Assembly: GCF_004010195.1 (NCBI RefSeq)
Contig: NC_057719.1
Span: 52,506,608-52,570,607 of the forward strand
Reading direction: 5' to 3'
Source: Chiloscyllium plagiosum
Taxonomy: Eukaryota
DNA: 64,000 nt
Below, piece after piece: positions 1 through 14,576 of this stretch (position 1 is its first letter; every line of letters starts with the position of its first letter). A model generated the notes under the pieces. The model saw only the letters and a program-made list of their open reading frames with translations, made no database searches and was not told the origin of the DNA. The position numbers and the translations under genes were made by a program.

Positions 1-99
1 CATCATAAATTTAACCTGTTCAATTCGAATGAGTTCTCCCACCTACATTCCTGCATAGTGAACCATAGAGACTTGCAGCGTCAAGCTTATTTCTTTTCA

Positions 100-830
100 T
101 TCAGGGAATGTTGGAGTAATTAGTGAGGTCAACTCATCCCTAATTCCTCTTGAGAACTTTCCCCTTGAATTGTCACAGTGTTTGGGTTTCAGTTCACCCA
201 TAATGTTGATAGGAAGATTTTGATTATTTGGAGCTGAAACCCACATGACAATTATCCTCATTGTGCAGATACCAGTGGAAGCTCTTTCAGAGGCTGCTGC
301 ACCAGTGTCATTTTTGATGGCTTTCTTACAGCCTGCAGATGGCAAATTCCATGAATTCTTCTTTGTCAACTCCTAAAGAACCTCTCCTCCAGGTTGGGCT
401 GACCATGTGCTCCTTTATCCTACAAGAAAAGGAGAGCTTGAAAAGATATTGTTGGCCCCTCTGTCAATGCAAGCTTTTCCTGTTCGTTCAAATTTCTGTG
501 TTGAGTAGTCCTTGGACATGATGACTGAGCCATTCTGACAGGTCAGTAAAAGTCCTGGGTACAAATTTTTCCAATATTCAGGAATAATGTGTCTCCGGAG
601 TCTGAGGTATCTCCTGGCAGGTGAATATGTAATGGCATAATAATTATGTTAGGTCATTAAACCTCTTCTGACGACGGATCCAATTTCTGGACACTACAGT
701 CCTTCTGCTAACTGTATCAACTATTTCCTTGTAAGGTTGTTTTGAGCTTCCTTCAATCACTGTCTGAGAAGGAGAACTTCTTCTTCCCTATAGTCACATG
801 AGGATCTCCAGGCCCTCTCTGCCTCTGAAT
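100..830 (+). mobile_element. Possible degenerate DIRS-like (tyrosine recombinase) retrotransposon remnant
   Basis: Broken frames give EKILLAP (~450), KVVLSFLQSLSEKE (~733-774) and DLQALSAS (~803), resembling the VILVAP and VLxFLQxLxxKG...ALSA segments of DIRS elements. Many stops; recognised by eye only. Confidence 0.4.
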
Positions 831-1534
831 CTTTATAGACAATCTTTAATACAAAGCTTCTATACTCAACCTGAAGTAACAGTACTTAAAGTTGGCTGTG
901 GTAATAGCTGCCATTATTTGTTCAAATCTGGACTATACTTGAATAGCCCTAAATCAGCTGCCAACCCCACAGCCGCTAATTGTTCATCAAATTCATTTCT
1001 GGGCAATTAAGGAAGTCCTAACATAAAACCCTGGACTGATGATTACCCAAACCCTGGGAGGAAACTGTCAAAAGTACGTCACAATAAAGGTTGGTAACAA
1101 ACAACTGTCGCCTCCAAAAAACAGAATGTATAGTCATGATAATTGCTGAAACTAAATATAATTTGAATAAGAGCACTACTTTTTCCACTTTGACAAAACT
1201 TGTGGGGCATTTTTAAAAAAGAAGTTAAATTCGTTACATATATTTAACAAATTGTCTGTAATGCTTGTCTACATTCAGAGTAAGATTCCGAATGATGGCA
1301 AAAAATGCAACTTTTAATAATTAAAGAGTTTTTATTCTTTCCAAATCTAGACCTTCAGCAAAATGCCAGGAAACTAGTCACGATTTGAAATACATTGTGT
1401 TAAGATTTACACCATCCAGATCCATTGTACTTTAACGATCAGAACAATATCTGTATCACATTATTAGCATCACACTGTTATGTTGCACTTGCACCTGTTT
1501 GGATCAATTTTGTACACAAAGCAATAAATTAAGA

Positions 1535-2100
1535 TACATAAAATAGGAGCTGGAGAAGGCCATTTGGCTCCACGTGCATGGTCTATCATTGAATAAGATT
1601 ATCGCTGATCCGATTGCAGACAGAACATTATTTTCTTACACTCTTGCAAATAAACGTGGACATGCTTGAAGGTCAACAATCTTCCTAACTCAACTTTGAA
1701 ATTATTCAATAACCCAGCCTCCACTGTTCTCTGTAATAGACAATTCTGAGGTTTAATGACCCTCTGAGAGAATAAATTTCACCTCATTTCTTTCATAAGT
1801 GGGGGAATCCTCAAATTTTGAAATTGTGTCCCCTAGTTCTGCACAAGGCAAATAATGTCCTACTCATCTTTCCTCAACACAACCCCCTCATTCTAGAAAC
1901 CTTCTTTGAAGTGAACCTTCTTTAAACTGTCACAATGCAAGTACATTCCTCCTCAGTTAAGGACACCAAAACTGAATGCAATATTCCAAATGTGATCTCA
2001 TCAATACCCCGTGGACAGGTTTAGCAAGAATTCCCTACTTTTTTTATAACCAATTCCCTTTGCAATAAAGGCATTTGTTGTCTATTGCTAATTGTCTTTG
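1535..2100 (-). mobile_element. Old CR1-type LINE 3' fragment
   Basis: Reverse complement resembles the 3' UTR and RT C-terminus of the CR1 at 52554-53625 (gaaggccatttggctc, caaaactgaatgcaatattccaaatgtg). Confidence 0.7.
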
Positions 2101-2164
2101 GACTGAATGTTTTTTTGTATGGGTCATTTCTGATTGTATTTTAGAGTAAACCAAATAGCTGTTC

Positions 2165-2400
2165 AAATAGAGTCACATGTAGGCTAGACCAGACAAAGGC
2201 AGAAGATTGTTTCCTGAAAGGATTCTTCTTAACTTAATGAATTTTTACAAATATCAATGATCATTTTATGGTCCCCATGACTGAAAATAGGTTTATTCCA
2301 GATTTGATAAATTAAAATAAATTCCACCAGCTAACATGGTTGGGATTTGAAACCTGCTCCTAGAATATTAGCACAGATCTCTGAATTAAAAATATAGGGA
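2165..2400 (-). mobile_element. tRNA-derived SINE (family 2), partial
   Basis: gagtcacatgtaggctagaccag...gggatttgaaacc matches the fuller copy at 35105-35468. Confidence 0.6.
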
Positions 2401-2419
2401 CATTATTAATCTTCCCAAT

Positions 2420-2900
2420 TATACCCTTTCTCAGAAGGTTGGTAAGTTTAGGGGCACAACTGCTACAATTTCCAATCTTACTTTCCTTAATATCATCAGA
2501 TGCAATTCATCTGGATCTGGTGACTATCAATTTTAGTTGCAGCCAGTCTTTCAAATAATACTAGTGGGTTTCAATTTTCTAGGGAATGAAGTATGTCAAC
2601 TATCTTCTCTTTTACAATGACATTGGCAGCATCAATTTCCTTGGCAAAGAGAATTGGAAAATATTCATTTAGCACCTTAGCCATCTCCTCTGCTTCAATG
2701 CATTGGTCCTCTTTTTTGGCCCTTAAGCCTCTCATACCTCCCCTTACTATTCTTTCAATCATTATAATACAACAGAATATTGATGTGAGTTGCTGGCTTT
2801 TAAATATTTTAGCTTTCATTTCTTTGCCATTTAACTTCTCAGTTGTATTATCAACCTGATATTTCTCTGCTATATCATCCCTTTTTCTACTTCATCTTAA
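2420..2900 (-). mobile_element. CR1-type LINE internal ORF2 fragment
   Basis: ORF 2571-2819 contains EAEEMAKVLNEYF, the CR1 pre-RT motif also seen as MGGILNKYF in the 38815 copy. Confidence 0.6.
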
Positions 2901-3594
2901 TCTCTGTATATTTTGTTAGTCACGGAGTTTCTCCTCCTCATGGGAATATAGTTCAACTGTCCGCAAACCATATTTCCTGTCAAGGGCACCATTTAGTATT
3001 ATGACTTTGCCTGCCAAGGTTTGATTCCAATTTAATTAGGTCTGACTGTGTGCTTCAATTCTAATTAAAGAAGAATTCAACCTTAGTATGCTAATATTTA
3101 ATCTTTATAATCACAACAATGATCTGATCCTTCTGTGTAGAACTCCCTAACTCATTTCATTAGAAAATGTGAAATATTAACTCAAACCTGCAGGTTATTG
3201 GAGATGGGCTGTAATTTGGAAAATGTGTTCCAGGACCATGCAGAATTACTGACGCACAGACAATTCTGGACATTGCAAATAGAAATTAAACATCCACTGG
3301 TTTTATTTTTGCTGCCCAGGACCCATTGTGAATGTAGTGAGATACACCGACTGTCCGTCATACTTTATCCTTATCCAAGACATGTTACAAAGTTTTTAAC
3401 AGTTAGTCTAGCTCGGAACTGGTCTGAATGATTCATTGGGAACCAACATAACTCAGTTGAGCAACACAACCAACTTGCCCAAATCAATTCCTGAAAACCC
3501 AACTATCTTGTTTGACTGCAACATAATCACCCAATTACCCCTCCAAATACCATCCTAACCACCTGAATAAATCTTGAATAAACCTGCGCAACCT

Positions 3595-3830
3595 GGATTA
3601 GAATGTCAATGGGCTGTGATTAGATTGATTCTTATTGGAGATGGTCATTGCCTGGCATTTGTGTAGCATGAATATTATTTAGCACTTTTTAGTCCAAGCC
3701 TGGATATTGCTTAGGTCTTCTTGCAGTTGGATATGGACTGCTTCAGTATATGAGGAGTCGCAAATGGGATGCCATTGTGCAATCATTGGTGAACATCCTC
3801 ACTTCTAACCTTATGATGGAGGGAACATAA
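3595..3830 (-). mobile_element. CR1-clade LINE (family B) fragment
   Basis: ttggagatggtcattgcctggc...ccaagcctggatattg matches 23150-23340. Confidence 0.6.
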
Positions 3831-5054
3831 CATGTTTATGCCACTTCATGCATGCACCTCTGAGCCCTTCTCATTATCAATATTGGATGGGATGCAAGGA
3901 TGAAAACATAAAGTTCACCTATATTTGAGATCTCTCACAGGATATAAACTAATTTATTATTATTTAAACAACATGCATTCTAAATTCACCTCGCTAAATA
4001 TTTTATCAGACATAAATATAGATATATCATTATATCCAATGTAGATATGATAACATGACTACAACTAGTTTCACTCATAATGTACTTATTTAGCTAAAAG
4101 TGCATCTGAATGCTATCTTGTTTCGAACTATGAACAAAATACTTTTGTGCTTATTGGTGAGACTGAGGGGCTTCAATCTTATTGTGAAAGTAATTGTACA
4201 TCAAATATGTTAGACAACTGCTTGCACAAATCAAAATTCATGCAGCAATGCGTTTTACGGGGATTATTACATTTCCTAATTGACAGAGGTTTGCAAGGAC
4301 TGTTGTGAAAATAAGGTGTTAACAAAGGTTCCCACAAAATAATGATAGGTATGATAAATACTGCATTAAGCTGATTATTGTGTGTAACAGAGTTGGGTGA
4401 CTCTTAGGAACAGGAATATTATATTCTGAGCTTGAAGTTCTCCACAAATGCCACTTTCAGCTTTGTAATTAAATTTGATGGCACAAAATTGAATGAACAA
4501 GTACTGATAGGAAATGTTAAATTCTTTTTCCTGTGTAACCAACCCTTCATCGAGAGTATGTAGTTGGCAATTAAGTAAAATTGTGAGCAACGCCAATTAC
4601 ATTGGAAAACTTAGTTAGTCGCCTTGACTGTTGAATTCATTATATCTTAGTAAAAGCCACAAACTAAGTTTGCTCCCCAGTCTTTTTCTCAGCATAATTA
4701 AATTGTGAGTGCTCGGTTGGAGCCCTAGCTAAGCTGGATCACCTTAGTTTTTAGAGTTGCAAGCTGCTTTGACCTTTTTGAAAGTAGGCTAGTTTAGAGC
4801 TTCAACTGGAAAAATATTTAAATGTCTCTATCGAGATTTTAATGGGCATTCAGTGTTGTCAGAACAGACTATACATGAAAATTCTAGTAACCTGAGTATA
4901 ATTGGCCCTTGAAGAATTATAGGTTACCATTTGCATGATATAGAAAAATGTACAAGTCTTGTTAATAACATCTGGACACAGTCTTTCTATCAGGAAGTTA
5001 GCATTAAACATCCTGATAAAAAATGACAGGAATCAGAATAATCAGCTTAAGACA

Positions 5055-5565
5055 GAGAAACAGAAATAGGTCCTTCAGCCCATCAAATCTGCTCCATCAT
5101 TCAATGGCTGATCTGATAATCCTCAACTCCACTTACCTGCCTTTTCTCCATAACCTTAGAATACCTGACTGACTAAAAATATGTCTATCTCCACCATGAA
5201 TATACTGAATGACGCAGCCTCAACAGCCCTCTGTAATAAAGAATCCCACAGACTCAAAACATTCTGAGAGAAGAAATTCCTCAGCATCTCTGTCTTAAAT
5301 GTGTGTCCATCCTATCCTGAGAATATACCCTCTGGACCCAGACTTTTGCACAAGGGGAAACAACTTTTCCTTCATCTATTCTGTCAAGTCCTCTAAGAAT
5401 TCCTATGTTTCAATAGGTTTCCTCTCATTCTTTTATATTCCACTAGTACCTTACGTTAAACTCTCATCATAAGACAGCCCCTCCATACCTGGTAGCAGCT
5501 TGGTGCATCTTCTCTGGTCTGCCTCAAATGACAGTCCATCTTTTCTTGGTGAAGGGACCCAGAAC
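5055..5565 (-). mobile_element. Old CR1-type LINE 3' fragment
   Basis: ccttcagcccatc...gaatcccacagactc...gagaagaaattcctc is the reverse complement of the CR1 3' end. Confidence 0.75.
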
Positions 5566-6169
5566 TAAACCTCCAGTTTTCTTTTTCTTTGGCAACAGCA
5601 ATTGAACAACTTGATTTCAACTTGCATCCTTAACTCTTTCAGCTCTCATTAAAGATCATTAAAGTTTTGATTAAGTTGCCACAGGCAATGCAGGGCCAAA
5701 TGGTAGAATAAAACTGCAGATCTGGCGATAAAGAGATTGCACAGATCTGTAGCAGTGTCTCTGGAGAATCACAGCTTCTTCCTGGGCAGGACCCTGCAGA
5801 TCTACTGCACCAGGCCTATAATATATATATGGGCTGAGTGAAGTATTGTGTAAAATGTTGATGCCAACCACCTCTTAGAAGAAGGCATCGCCAACCTTTC
5901 CCACTTCACTCTTCATTCTCCATCTGGATGATGACAATATACTACGGAAGTGACTTTTGTTGCATTCTCTCTTATCAAAACAGATCAGGATGAATTAGCA
6001 TATGGCATGACAATATGATAGGATTCCATGGTAGAGAGCCCTTGTGTAGTATGTGCCACTTTGTGCTCCACATGCAAGCAGGCTGACATATACAACTTGT
6101 AAAGGCTATTACTGCAATGATGCATTGTTGATATGTGACCATGCTCAGGAATGTGGGTGGACCAATCCC

Positions 6170-6480
6170 AAATGCCACTGAGAAGGTGTGACCACTTTCT
6201 TGAGCCTCAGAATTCCATGCATTGTAGGTCCACCCACAGACTTTAATTAAGGAATTCCAGGACTTTTACTCAGCGACGGTGAAGGGACAGTGACATTTTT
6301 CCAAGTCAGGATGAGATTGGAGGGGATATTACAAGTGGTGGCATTTTCATGCTTCTGCCATCCTTGTCCTAGGTGATAGAGGATACAGATTGAGAAGGTG
6401 CATCTTGTAGTTGGTACTAAGTATTAACAGTGGAGGAAATAAATGTTGCAGGTGGTGGATCAAGTGCTCACCAAGTGGGC
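6170..6480 (-). mobile_element. CR1-clade LINE (family B) 3' fragment
   Basis: tgagaaggtg...ttccaggactttt...ccaagtcaggatg matches 22335-22700. Confidence 0.6.
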
Positions 6481-6999
6481 TGCAGTTATTACATAAATTG
6501 TTGTTTTCTCTTGGCCTAGCTGCTCACTGCTTGGCTACTCATGCCCAATGGTACGTCACATACTGATGCCAACTCTGTAATTACCCTTGAAGTTGCTTGC
6601 ACTATCAGTATCTGAGCTTGTGACTATTGGATTAGTGATTGCCAGATCATATGATGGTAACACTTTCCAAGTGGTCTAGAAACTCTCAGACAATGTCATT
6701 GGGCTCAATGGCAATCAGGTGTTAGTTTTTTGGATATCTGAAAGCAAAAAAAATTGAAGGGGCAGGTAGGAGTGAAGGACGGTCAGAAAACAAGAAGTAT
6801 ATGGTTACATTATCTGCAGCTTGCACTCTATGTTGGGCATTGAGATAAAGGTGAAGTGATTTGAGAAGAGGCATATTGTAGAAATATATCATCACCATTC
6901 TGAGGTGTTTGCCACAACACTGTAATCAACAACCTCTGTCACAACTGTCCCAAAGAATAGGAGCATGGTTCAAGTGAGTGGATGTGCATGGTTCCGCTC

Positions 7000-7950
7000 C
7001 ATCTCCTCCTGTTATGGCCATTTTGTTCTGCATGTGGGAGGGAAGAATGTCAGAGATTTAGTTACATTATATTGTAAGATCATCATGGCCATCATCAGCG
7101 TCTCAACAGTTGAGGATGACATCAGCAGTTTGTGCAGCCTGAGGTGACTCAGCAGACCAATCCTGGAGCATCAGGTCTTTGTGCAGAGAGACAAGAGATG
7201 CCCTGACGAAGATAGTTCTCAAGCTGGGATTCTGCTGTCCTGGTGCACTAGTCACTTCTCCACAGCAGCGTGTATGCAGCAATATCCAGTTGTATTGTGA
7301 CCAACTGGATGGGCCACCTTTTGATGATGCAATTTACAGGAAGTTCCTCCCTGACACTGCTGTCAAAGTGCCCTTGTTAACAAAGCCTCCAGAATTCCAG
7401 AAAACACTTCTCCTTGGAATTAGGTGTTGTGGTTAAGCTTTGAAAAGAGGATCTGCATTGCAAGCTACCTACTTGATGCCGATGCAATGTCTAGAGGAGC
7501 AGAGCAGATTTCACACAACGCTGACTGTGATGCCAGAAGAATTAGTTTCAGTGAAGATGCTGGAGCTTGTATACCTGTCCTCCCATTGGAGGACAGGTAT
7601 ACAGTATGTGGGATTGTGGAAAATATGGGAACTGTGTCAAGATGGCTCCTTGGATCATTCGCACTGCTGAAGAGATTTCCCAGGAACAGACAGGGATATA
7701 GAGAAGCTGATCATATCATCAAGGAGGGATCCACCTAAGCTGATTATGAACTCAGGTCTGATTTTAAGGGGTGCACGGTTATTTTGATCCCATCTTCTCA
7801 GTATGGAAGTTAATATTGTCCTGGTGGTGGCCTTGCCATTCCTGATCTTACTCAGCAATTTAACTCTGCCACTGCAATGTTGAGGGCAAGAGCAGTCGCT
7901 GAGGCACCACTGACACCCCACACACAACCCTGAATAGGAGAAAAAGCAAG
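7000..7950 (+). mobile_element. Possible highly decayed PIF/Harbinger transposase remnant
   Basis: Fragments TAVKV (~7355) and WLLG (~7643) lie in the order expected for a HARBI1-like DDE transposase; otherwise frameshifted. Confidence 0.35.
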
Positions 7951-9945
7951 CAGATGATTAATTAGGAAGTTGCCTCAATGAAGATAGCAGTATGTGCTGC
8001 TGGTAAGTACAATCATAGGAACCCATATTGCTGTAATATTTTGAGAAAGGTCTCAGTTCAGCAGTAAAATCCAACATTCAATGTTTGATCTCAGGTGTTC
8101 ACTGCACTGTCATGATTGGTTATCTCAGTTGGTGGGCGAGCAGCCCTATGGTTCCCTGAGATTATGATGACTCGGTGCAGATCTCTGAAGGTTGAGTGAT
8201 GTGGGTGTGGTTTGATGGGCAGTGTGAGCGTTCGATGGAATGAAGGGGAGAAGATGTCAATGCTAAGATACATTCAGTGACCTTGACCACTCATTGAGGT
8301 CATTGAATTTCCTTTGACACAGATACCAGGCTCTTGGGGAATCTCCTGTACTACCAATGCCAATCCCTCTTTGAGAGTTTTGTGGCCCCTTACGGGAACA
8401 TTGATTTCCTCCGTCTTTCCATGTTGTAGACAAAAGCTATCAGCATCATATCAGAAAACCTTAGAGCCCTCTGTCTTCACCATTGCCTTCCTTGTTGCAT
8501 TTTACCTGTGTAGCCAGTTCTGACACAGTCAGTAGCTACTTCAATACAATGAATGCAGTTTCCCATTAAGAAGGTCTGGCTACTGTACAGTTGTGCCAGG
8601 TAGCTGAAACAAATGCTCCCTCTCCCCCCTGCCCCAACCCCAAAACATGCTCTTTGGTTCCTGTTGAACGTACAGCTAGCCTGCAGCATGTAAAGTGCTA
8701 GACTGGAGGCTGAGATCATTGAAAGAAGTGACAGCATAAAGTTCTCATGTTGCTTGCTTCCAAGGAATGGGTGCAGGCAGAATACAAATTCCACACCCAC
8801 ACCCAAACACAGGAGGAACCAAATTCCCCTCCAGTCAGTCTAAATGTTCAGGAAATTACTGATTGCTCCTCTGAAAAGAATCCAGACTGCAATTATACTT
8901 GTGAAGAGAGATTACATTCTCAAATTGCTAGTCTTTAACATTACTAGCAAATATAAAACAACTCCCATTTCAGTGACTTTTTCCATTCAATCTGTGAGTC
9001 GTTGAGCAAAAAGTCAAAATTGTTCTCTTACTTCATTTGCTATTGTCATGGAAACAACACCTGAATCTATTTTAAGTTATATCTGCATAACCTCCTATTA
9101 TATATTCTGCCGACTAACAATAAGGATTTAATATTTAAAATATTTAAAACAGCTTTGTTTCCATGAAAGCCACTACTTCTGCGATCTTTGAACAAGTCAT
9201 CTTTGCTATTTAAATAAATCAGTAATGCTCCTTTCGATTGTTCTCAAGTGATAGCAAAACAAATTCTTACATTTTAAAGATATTGACCCAGAAATTCTGT
9301 TGGTCTGACAATCATTGGAGAAATGGATAGCATTGGAGAAATGCAGATTAGAGTGTGCATCAGGACCAAATACAAATCCCGATACAGTACACTCCTTGGA
9401 AACTGCCCAGGAAATTGGAAATTTTGATTGGCAATTATCCTGTAATTACAACTCTCTGAAAAAGACCCTGAAAATTGGATATTTCAGACAGTCCCAACTT
9501 CGTTAAGCTTAATAGTTAGCTAGGAAGACTACAACTTTTTCCTAACTCCAGAGTAGTTGTTAAGCTGAACTCTGATTTGCCAAGGAAGCCACTCATTACA
9601 ACCCCATGATCCCTGACAATCCTGGATCTGACACCCTATACCCTCTACTGACCACAATCTGATATCCTATCTCCCCAATCCAACATGGGCACATCCCCCA
9701 TCCTGAATGCAATATCTTTGACCTCACTGACCTATAACCTGACATATCCCCCACAGACTAACACCTTCTGCTCATGTCCTGACATCTCTGACCCCAGTCT
9801 GAAACCATTATCTCACCAACCCTCCCCCACTGATTTGAACCCACCCACCTCCCCCCATCCCACCTGGGCAAGCAGCCCTCTTGAGCCGATGCCTCCCCTC
9901 TAACCTGGCATGACACCTTCCCCCCAAATTTGACAACTTCACTCA

Positions 9946-10245
9946 CGGCACGGTGGCACACTGGTTAGCACTGCTGCCTCACAGCGCTAGAGACCCGGGT
10001 TCAATTCCAGCCTCAGGCGACTGTGTGGAGTTTGCACGTTCTCCCCGTGTCTGCTTGGTTTCCTCCGGGTGCTCCGGCTTCCTCCCACAGTCCAAAGATG
10101 TGCAGGTAAGGTGAATTGACTATGCTAAATTGCCCGTAGTGTTAGGTAAGGGGTAAATGTAGGGGTATGGGTGGGTTACGCTTCGGCGGGTCGGTGTGGA
10201 CTTGTTGGGCCGAAGGGCCTGTTTCCACACTGTAATGTAATCTAA
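9946..10245 (+). mobile_element. HE1-type V-SINE (elasmobranch tRNA-derived SINE), full length
   Basis: tRNA-like head with A box (tggcacactgg) and B box (ggttcaattcc); V-domain tgtgtggagtttgcacgttctccccgtgtctgc...cctcccacagtccaaagatgtgc; CR1-like tail gggccgaagggcctgtttccacactgta. Confidence 0.95.
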
Positions 10246-13200
10246 CAAAAAACACCCTTCCCGTTTCCAATCTAACACCCTTCCCTCAATGCTCTTCCTG
10301 TCAATTCAATCAACCCAAAATCTCCACCTCCCTGAAGTGATTTTGCATCCCAGAGGCAGATAGCTGTGGGGGGCAGATAAAACATCACTGAGATAGGTAG
10401 GAGGAGAAGGAAGTGAGGCTGTTACCATCTGCCATTACCATACCATCTTAATAACAACAAGGAATGTGGTGGACAGCCCTCACATTTATGTGATTAATTA
10501 ATGGCTGCCCCTTACTCATTGAATGCTAGTACCCCTGTATTTGAGTCCTATTTGGTCTGAAGAAGGGCTTCCTGGTACCAAAGGGCTTCCTACAACAATG
10601 GCTGCATGCCTAACTAACCCCCAGCCACTTACCAAAACTGCCTTGCTCCTTTACTAAGTTCTACCTAATTAGCCTTGGGACACCCAAATACATTACCTTA
10701 GTTGTGAGGGTACTGTCATTCATTCTGTTCTCTTCTAAGTATGATCCCACCAGCCACTGTATCTCCCCTGGCCGAATTCATTGGCATCTCTTGGGGGTCA
10801 GGGAACCCTGTTTGATTGGTTGAGCTGATCTGCCAGCAGTCAGTTGGCTGTCTACCATTGCCGAGCTATGACCCTGGGTGCCACAGACTGTGAAGTGGGG
10901 TCTCCCTTCAATATTGAGCAGGTTGGTTGTACCCCTGCCACAATGACTAAATCCAACCAATTATTTCAGCATTCCAGACAGTATTAGTATTAATTCTTCC
11001 GTGTTAACTGTGTTTCAGGTAAAAGGTTACATTCAGAATAAAGCTACACTTATCTTTATTGTGAATACATTTTAGTCTCATTCATATTTGTGTTGTTATA
11101 CAACAAATTTCCATATCAGTCATTCTCAGGATTTCTGAGAAAGTTTGTCAGTTTCGTGTCAAAAGGTGGTTTATATGCACAAATAGATTCTCATCATCAT
11201 TTCAGAGAGCACCTTTATAGAGATGTTTATTTGATTGAATTACATTCAACCCAGTTACACATTTAACCCACCAGGACAATAAGTCTCATTGTAAAGTTTG
11301 TTAAACAAAATGGCACATTCTCATCAACACAAAACAGATGTTATGTTATTCAGGTATGTTACTGAGGGAGAAAATAAAAAATAGATTTTTAAATATAAAT
11401 TGAAATTCAAATCTAAGCAAAATTCAGGTGAGATAGTTATTCACTAATCCTACAGGTCCATTATTATTAGTAATGATTTGATAATTTTGTGAACTGTTTT
11501 AAAAACTGAAATGTGACAGAGGCCTCTTATAAACTAATTAAACTCGCATTCAGAGTAACTACAAGATTGCTCTGTGTTACTTTGGAGTAATTTAAACATT
11601 CATGTCCACAGTTCTCACTTACAAGTAAAAGGTGGAAGTTGCTATAGTGGAAGTTCTAATTTGTCTTGCCCTTCCTTGAATAGCAGTCCGAAATCTACAC
11701 TTGACATTAAAACCTATGTGATGGCATACAAGACATACCAATAGTGCCAAACTCACAGCTAACTTTCACGCCTTCCACATACCTTCAGCTACACAGCATT
11801 GTTCGCCACATCATTATTCACATTACAACACAATCTCTGCCATTCCTCCCTCCCTCCCTGTTGCATATCCACAGAGAATATCAGACACTTTGCATTTCCT
11901 TTTGAAGAGATAGTGTTTCACAATTTAGGTTGGCTGTGACTGAAGCCATCGCATGTGGCATCATTGACAACAATCAGAATATTGGCAAGTTTTTATGCAT
12001 CTTCCGAAGTGTCACTTCACCCTCATCTTCCAATCTGGTATTAAGTGGGAGCTGTAGATAATGTGACCATGGATCACTTGTTTTCTATTCCTTTCATTCC
12101 TTCTGCAATTTTGATTTCTGATGCCTGAGATTTGTTTCCCAGCCATATAATGCAGCCTCACTGTGATGAGTGAGAACAACACAAGACCTCTGATGATGAA
12201 GCACCATGTGACAGTTAATTTAACATTCACAGTCATGAGTTGCTGGTGCTGCCAGTAGGAGGTGATGTGGAGTCAGATCAATACAGTTGCTAAGGGGCCT
12301 CTGTTCATAAAGGTACAAGGGCAGGTGGAAGACAAATGTACCTCTCTCAACTCCACTTGTCTTGCTACCTACCAGCTTTAGATCAGTAGATTTGAAGGAT
12401 TCCAGGTACAAAACTAAAAAGTCATTTTTTTCTGACCTCCCTGCATCTGGGAAATCTTTAGCTGAAGCTTTAGCAAAGGAGGTTACTGGACCTAGAACCT
12501 CTTAACCAACCTTACTTATATGCAGGAATGTAATTTTAAGATGAAAAGTAGGTTGTTTAGAAGGAATTTACAGACAGGAAATTTCACGCAGAGGCTGGTG
12601 GGAATCTGGAATAAACTGTCTGGGAGTGTGGTTGAGGGTGCCAGAGGTTTGGTGAAATTTAATTTTGACTTTTTTGCTTAGGTCTAAACTGTAGAGAAAA
12701 AAAAACAGTAGTCTGTGATGCAATTCATTTGTTGTATTCATTTGTGCAATATAAACCATTAATCTATGAATATTGTAATATTCTGGAAACAGGGTGTTTT
12801 AGTGAATTATAGATTTAAATGTTCCAGTGCTTACAACATGCAATCATACCTAGGGTGGGGTTTTTCTGAGGTTTTCAATAATTCGAGGGTCACTGAACAG
12901 CAGTTCAAGGCTGCCAGGTTTTGTTTGAGTCAGAGAGAGATAGAGAATCAGGAGCATGGGAATAGGCTGTAAACAGGAAAGGTGCTTTTCTGTACTGCTG
13001 AAAAGGTGGCTGAAGTTCACTAACTCTGTGTAGTCGATGTTCAGGAACAAATCCCAAGGGCTGTTTGATAGCTCCATGCAGCCTGGCCTCAGAAAATCCT
13101 GGGGTGCAGCTACATCTTAGAACCAGGACTCAGGAAACACTCTGGCATCCGTGATAGTTCAGAAACAGTCTATGAGTATTAATAGAATCATAGAATCCCA

Positions 13201-13289
13201 TGGCTAATTCACCTAGCCTGCACAACACTGGACACTATAAGGCAATTTATCATGGCCAATTCACCTAACCTACACCATCACCTTGATAA

Positions 13290-13720
13290 ATTGCTATGAA
13301 ATCTCTACTTTAATTAGTTTGAACAGTTTTGGATTATTTGTTACTTTGGTTAGACCTTCAGCATGTGACTCTTAACCCTATCATGTTACTCCGGTCATTC
13401 AGTTTGTCTCTAGCACCACTTTTTTTTAATTATTATCTTTCTGCCTCAATTAATTAGATTATAGTCATTCCCTTGCTTGTTATTCAACTGTTGACACTTT
13501 ACTCACCATGTGTATGGTCACCTGCAGAGACTTATTATTCAATATTCCACTCACACCAGTTGTGTGATCTTTTGATCTCTTTGCCATTGATCTCTCGCCT
13601 ATTAATTCTGTGTATGTGTGTTCATCTCTCTCACTGCACCTGACAAAGGGGCTGTACTCTGAAAGCCTATGATTTCAAATAAACCTGTTGGACTATAACC
13701 TGGTGTCCTGTGACTTCTAA
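13290..13720 (+). mobile_element. Penelope-like element 3' end / pLTR (second family)
   Basis: Ends with a decayed hammerhead-like core ctgacaaaggggctgtactctgaaag followed by aataaacctgttggactataacctggtgt, the terminal sequence also seen in the hairpin at 24154-24271. Confidence 0.55.
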
Positions 13721-14576
13721 ATTTAACCAAAAGCCTTGCTGAAAATCCAGGTTAGCTGTTTGAAAAATTCAATCAAGTTGGTTAGACATGACCTCCCTTA
13801 AAATGATCCTATTTGATTCTTGCCTCTCCAAGAATGTTGACCTCCCAAATCTTAGTTTCAAGTTAATATCTAAATTCTTGATCAAACTATGTCTGTGTTA
13901 AATAACAAGCAAAATTGATCAATAAAATGCACAAGCAAGCTATGCTAAGGGCTACTGGTAGGCAAATATATATCCAATATTTTGAAGGAGAGAAACTTAT
14001 TTTGAAACGTAATAGAATGTAGCTTGGTTATCTAGTCACATCATTCAAAATTAGGCTGAATTATGTAGTGTAGTATTTATGACTTTACAATTCTTTATGT
14101 TCATAAACTACAGATTACATGGATTACGGACTATTTCCTAGAATTTCTATTTATTAAACTCAGTTAAAGACACTTTCAGTGTTGTTTTTATTGGCAAGGA
14201 ATGCCCCCTTTTTTTATATTTGTGCAAAATGATGTGTTGAGGTGTTTTTACAAATGAATAGAAGTCATCAATCAAGATAACAAGTTACAGCACAGGAAAA
14301 GATGGTGAAATATTGATCGATACCTTGGAATGGAACAGAGATTTTTCAAAAATAGCTGCATGAATATGATAGAACACTGACTGAAAAAAAAGCAGCATGA
14401 ATGAGATAGAGCCTTCTGTTTATATGGGGTGCACTGCATATTTCACCAAAGCTGTTACATCTGATATGTCGCAGATAGAAATCACATCAAAAGTACTATT
14501 GTTATATCTTTGGCCAGCAAGAATCTTGTTCACAACTTTACAGCATTTTAACTAAATTGACATGCCCATATGAAAG

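Noticed and set aside
9946..10020. tRNA gene
   Set aside because: The A and B boxes are the head of a SINE and continue into the V-domain and LINE-like tail.
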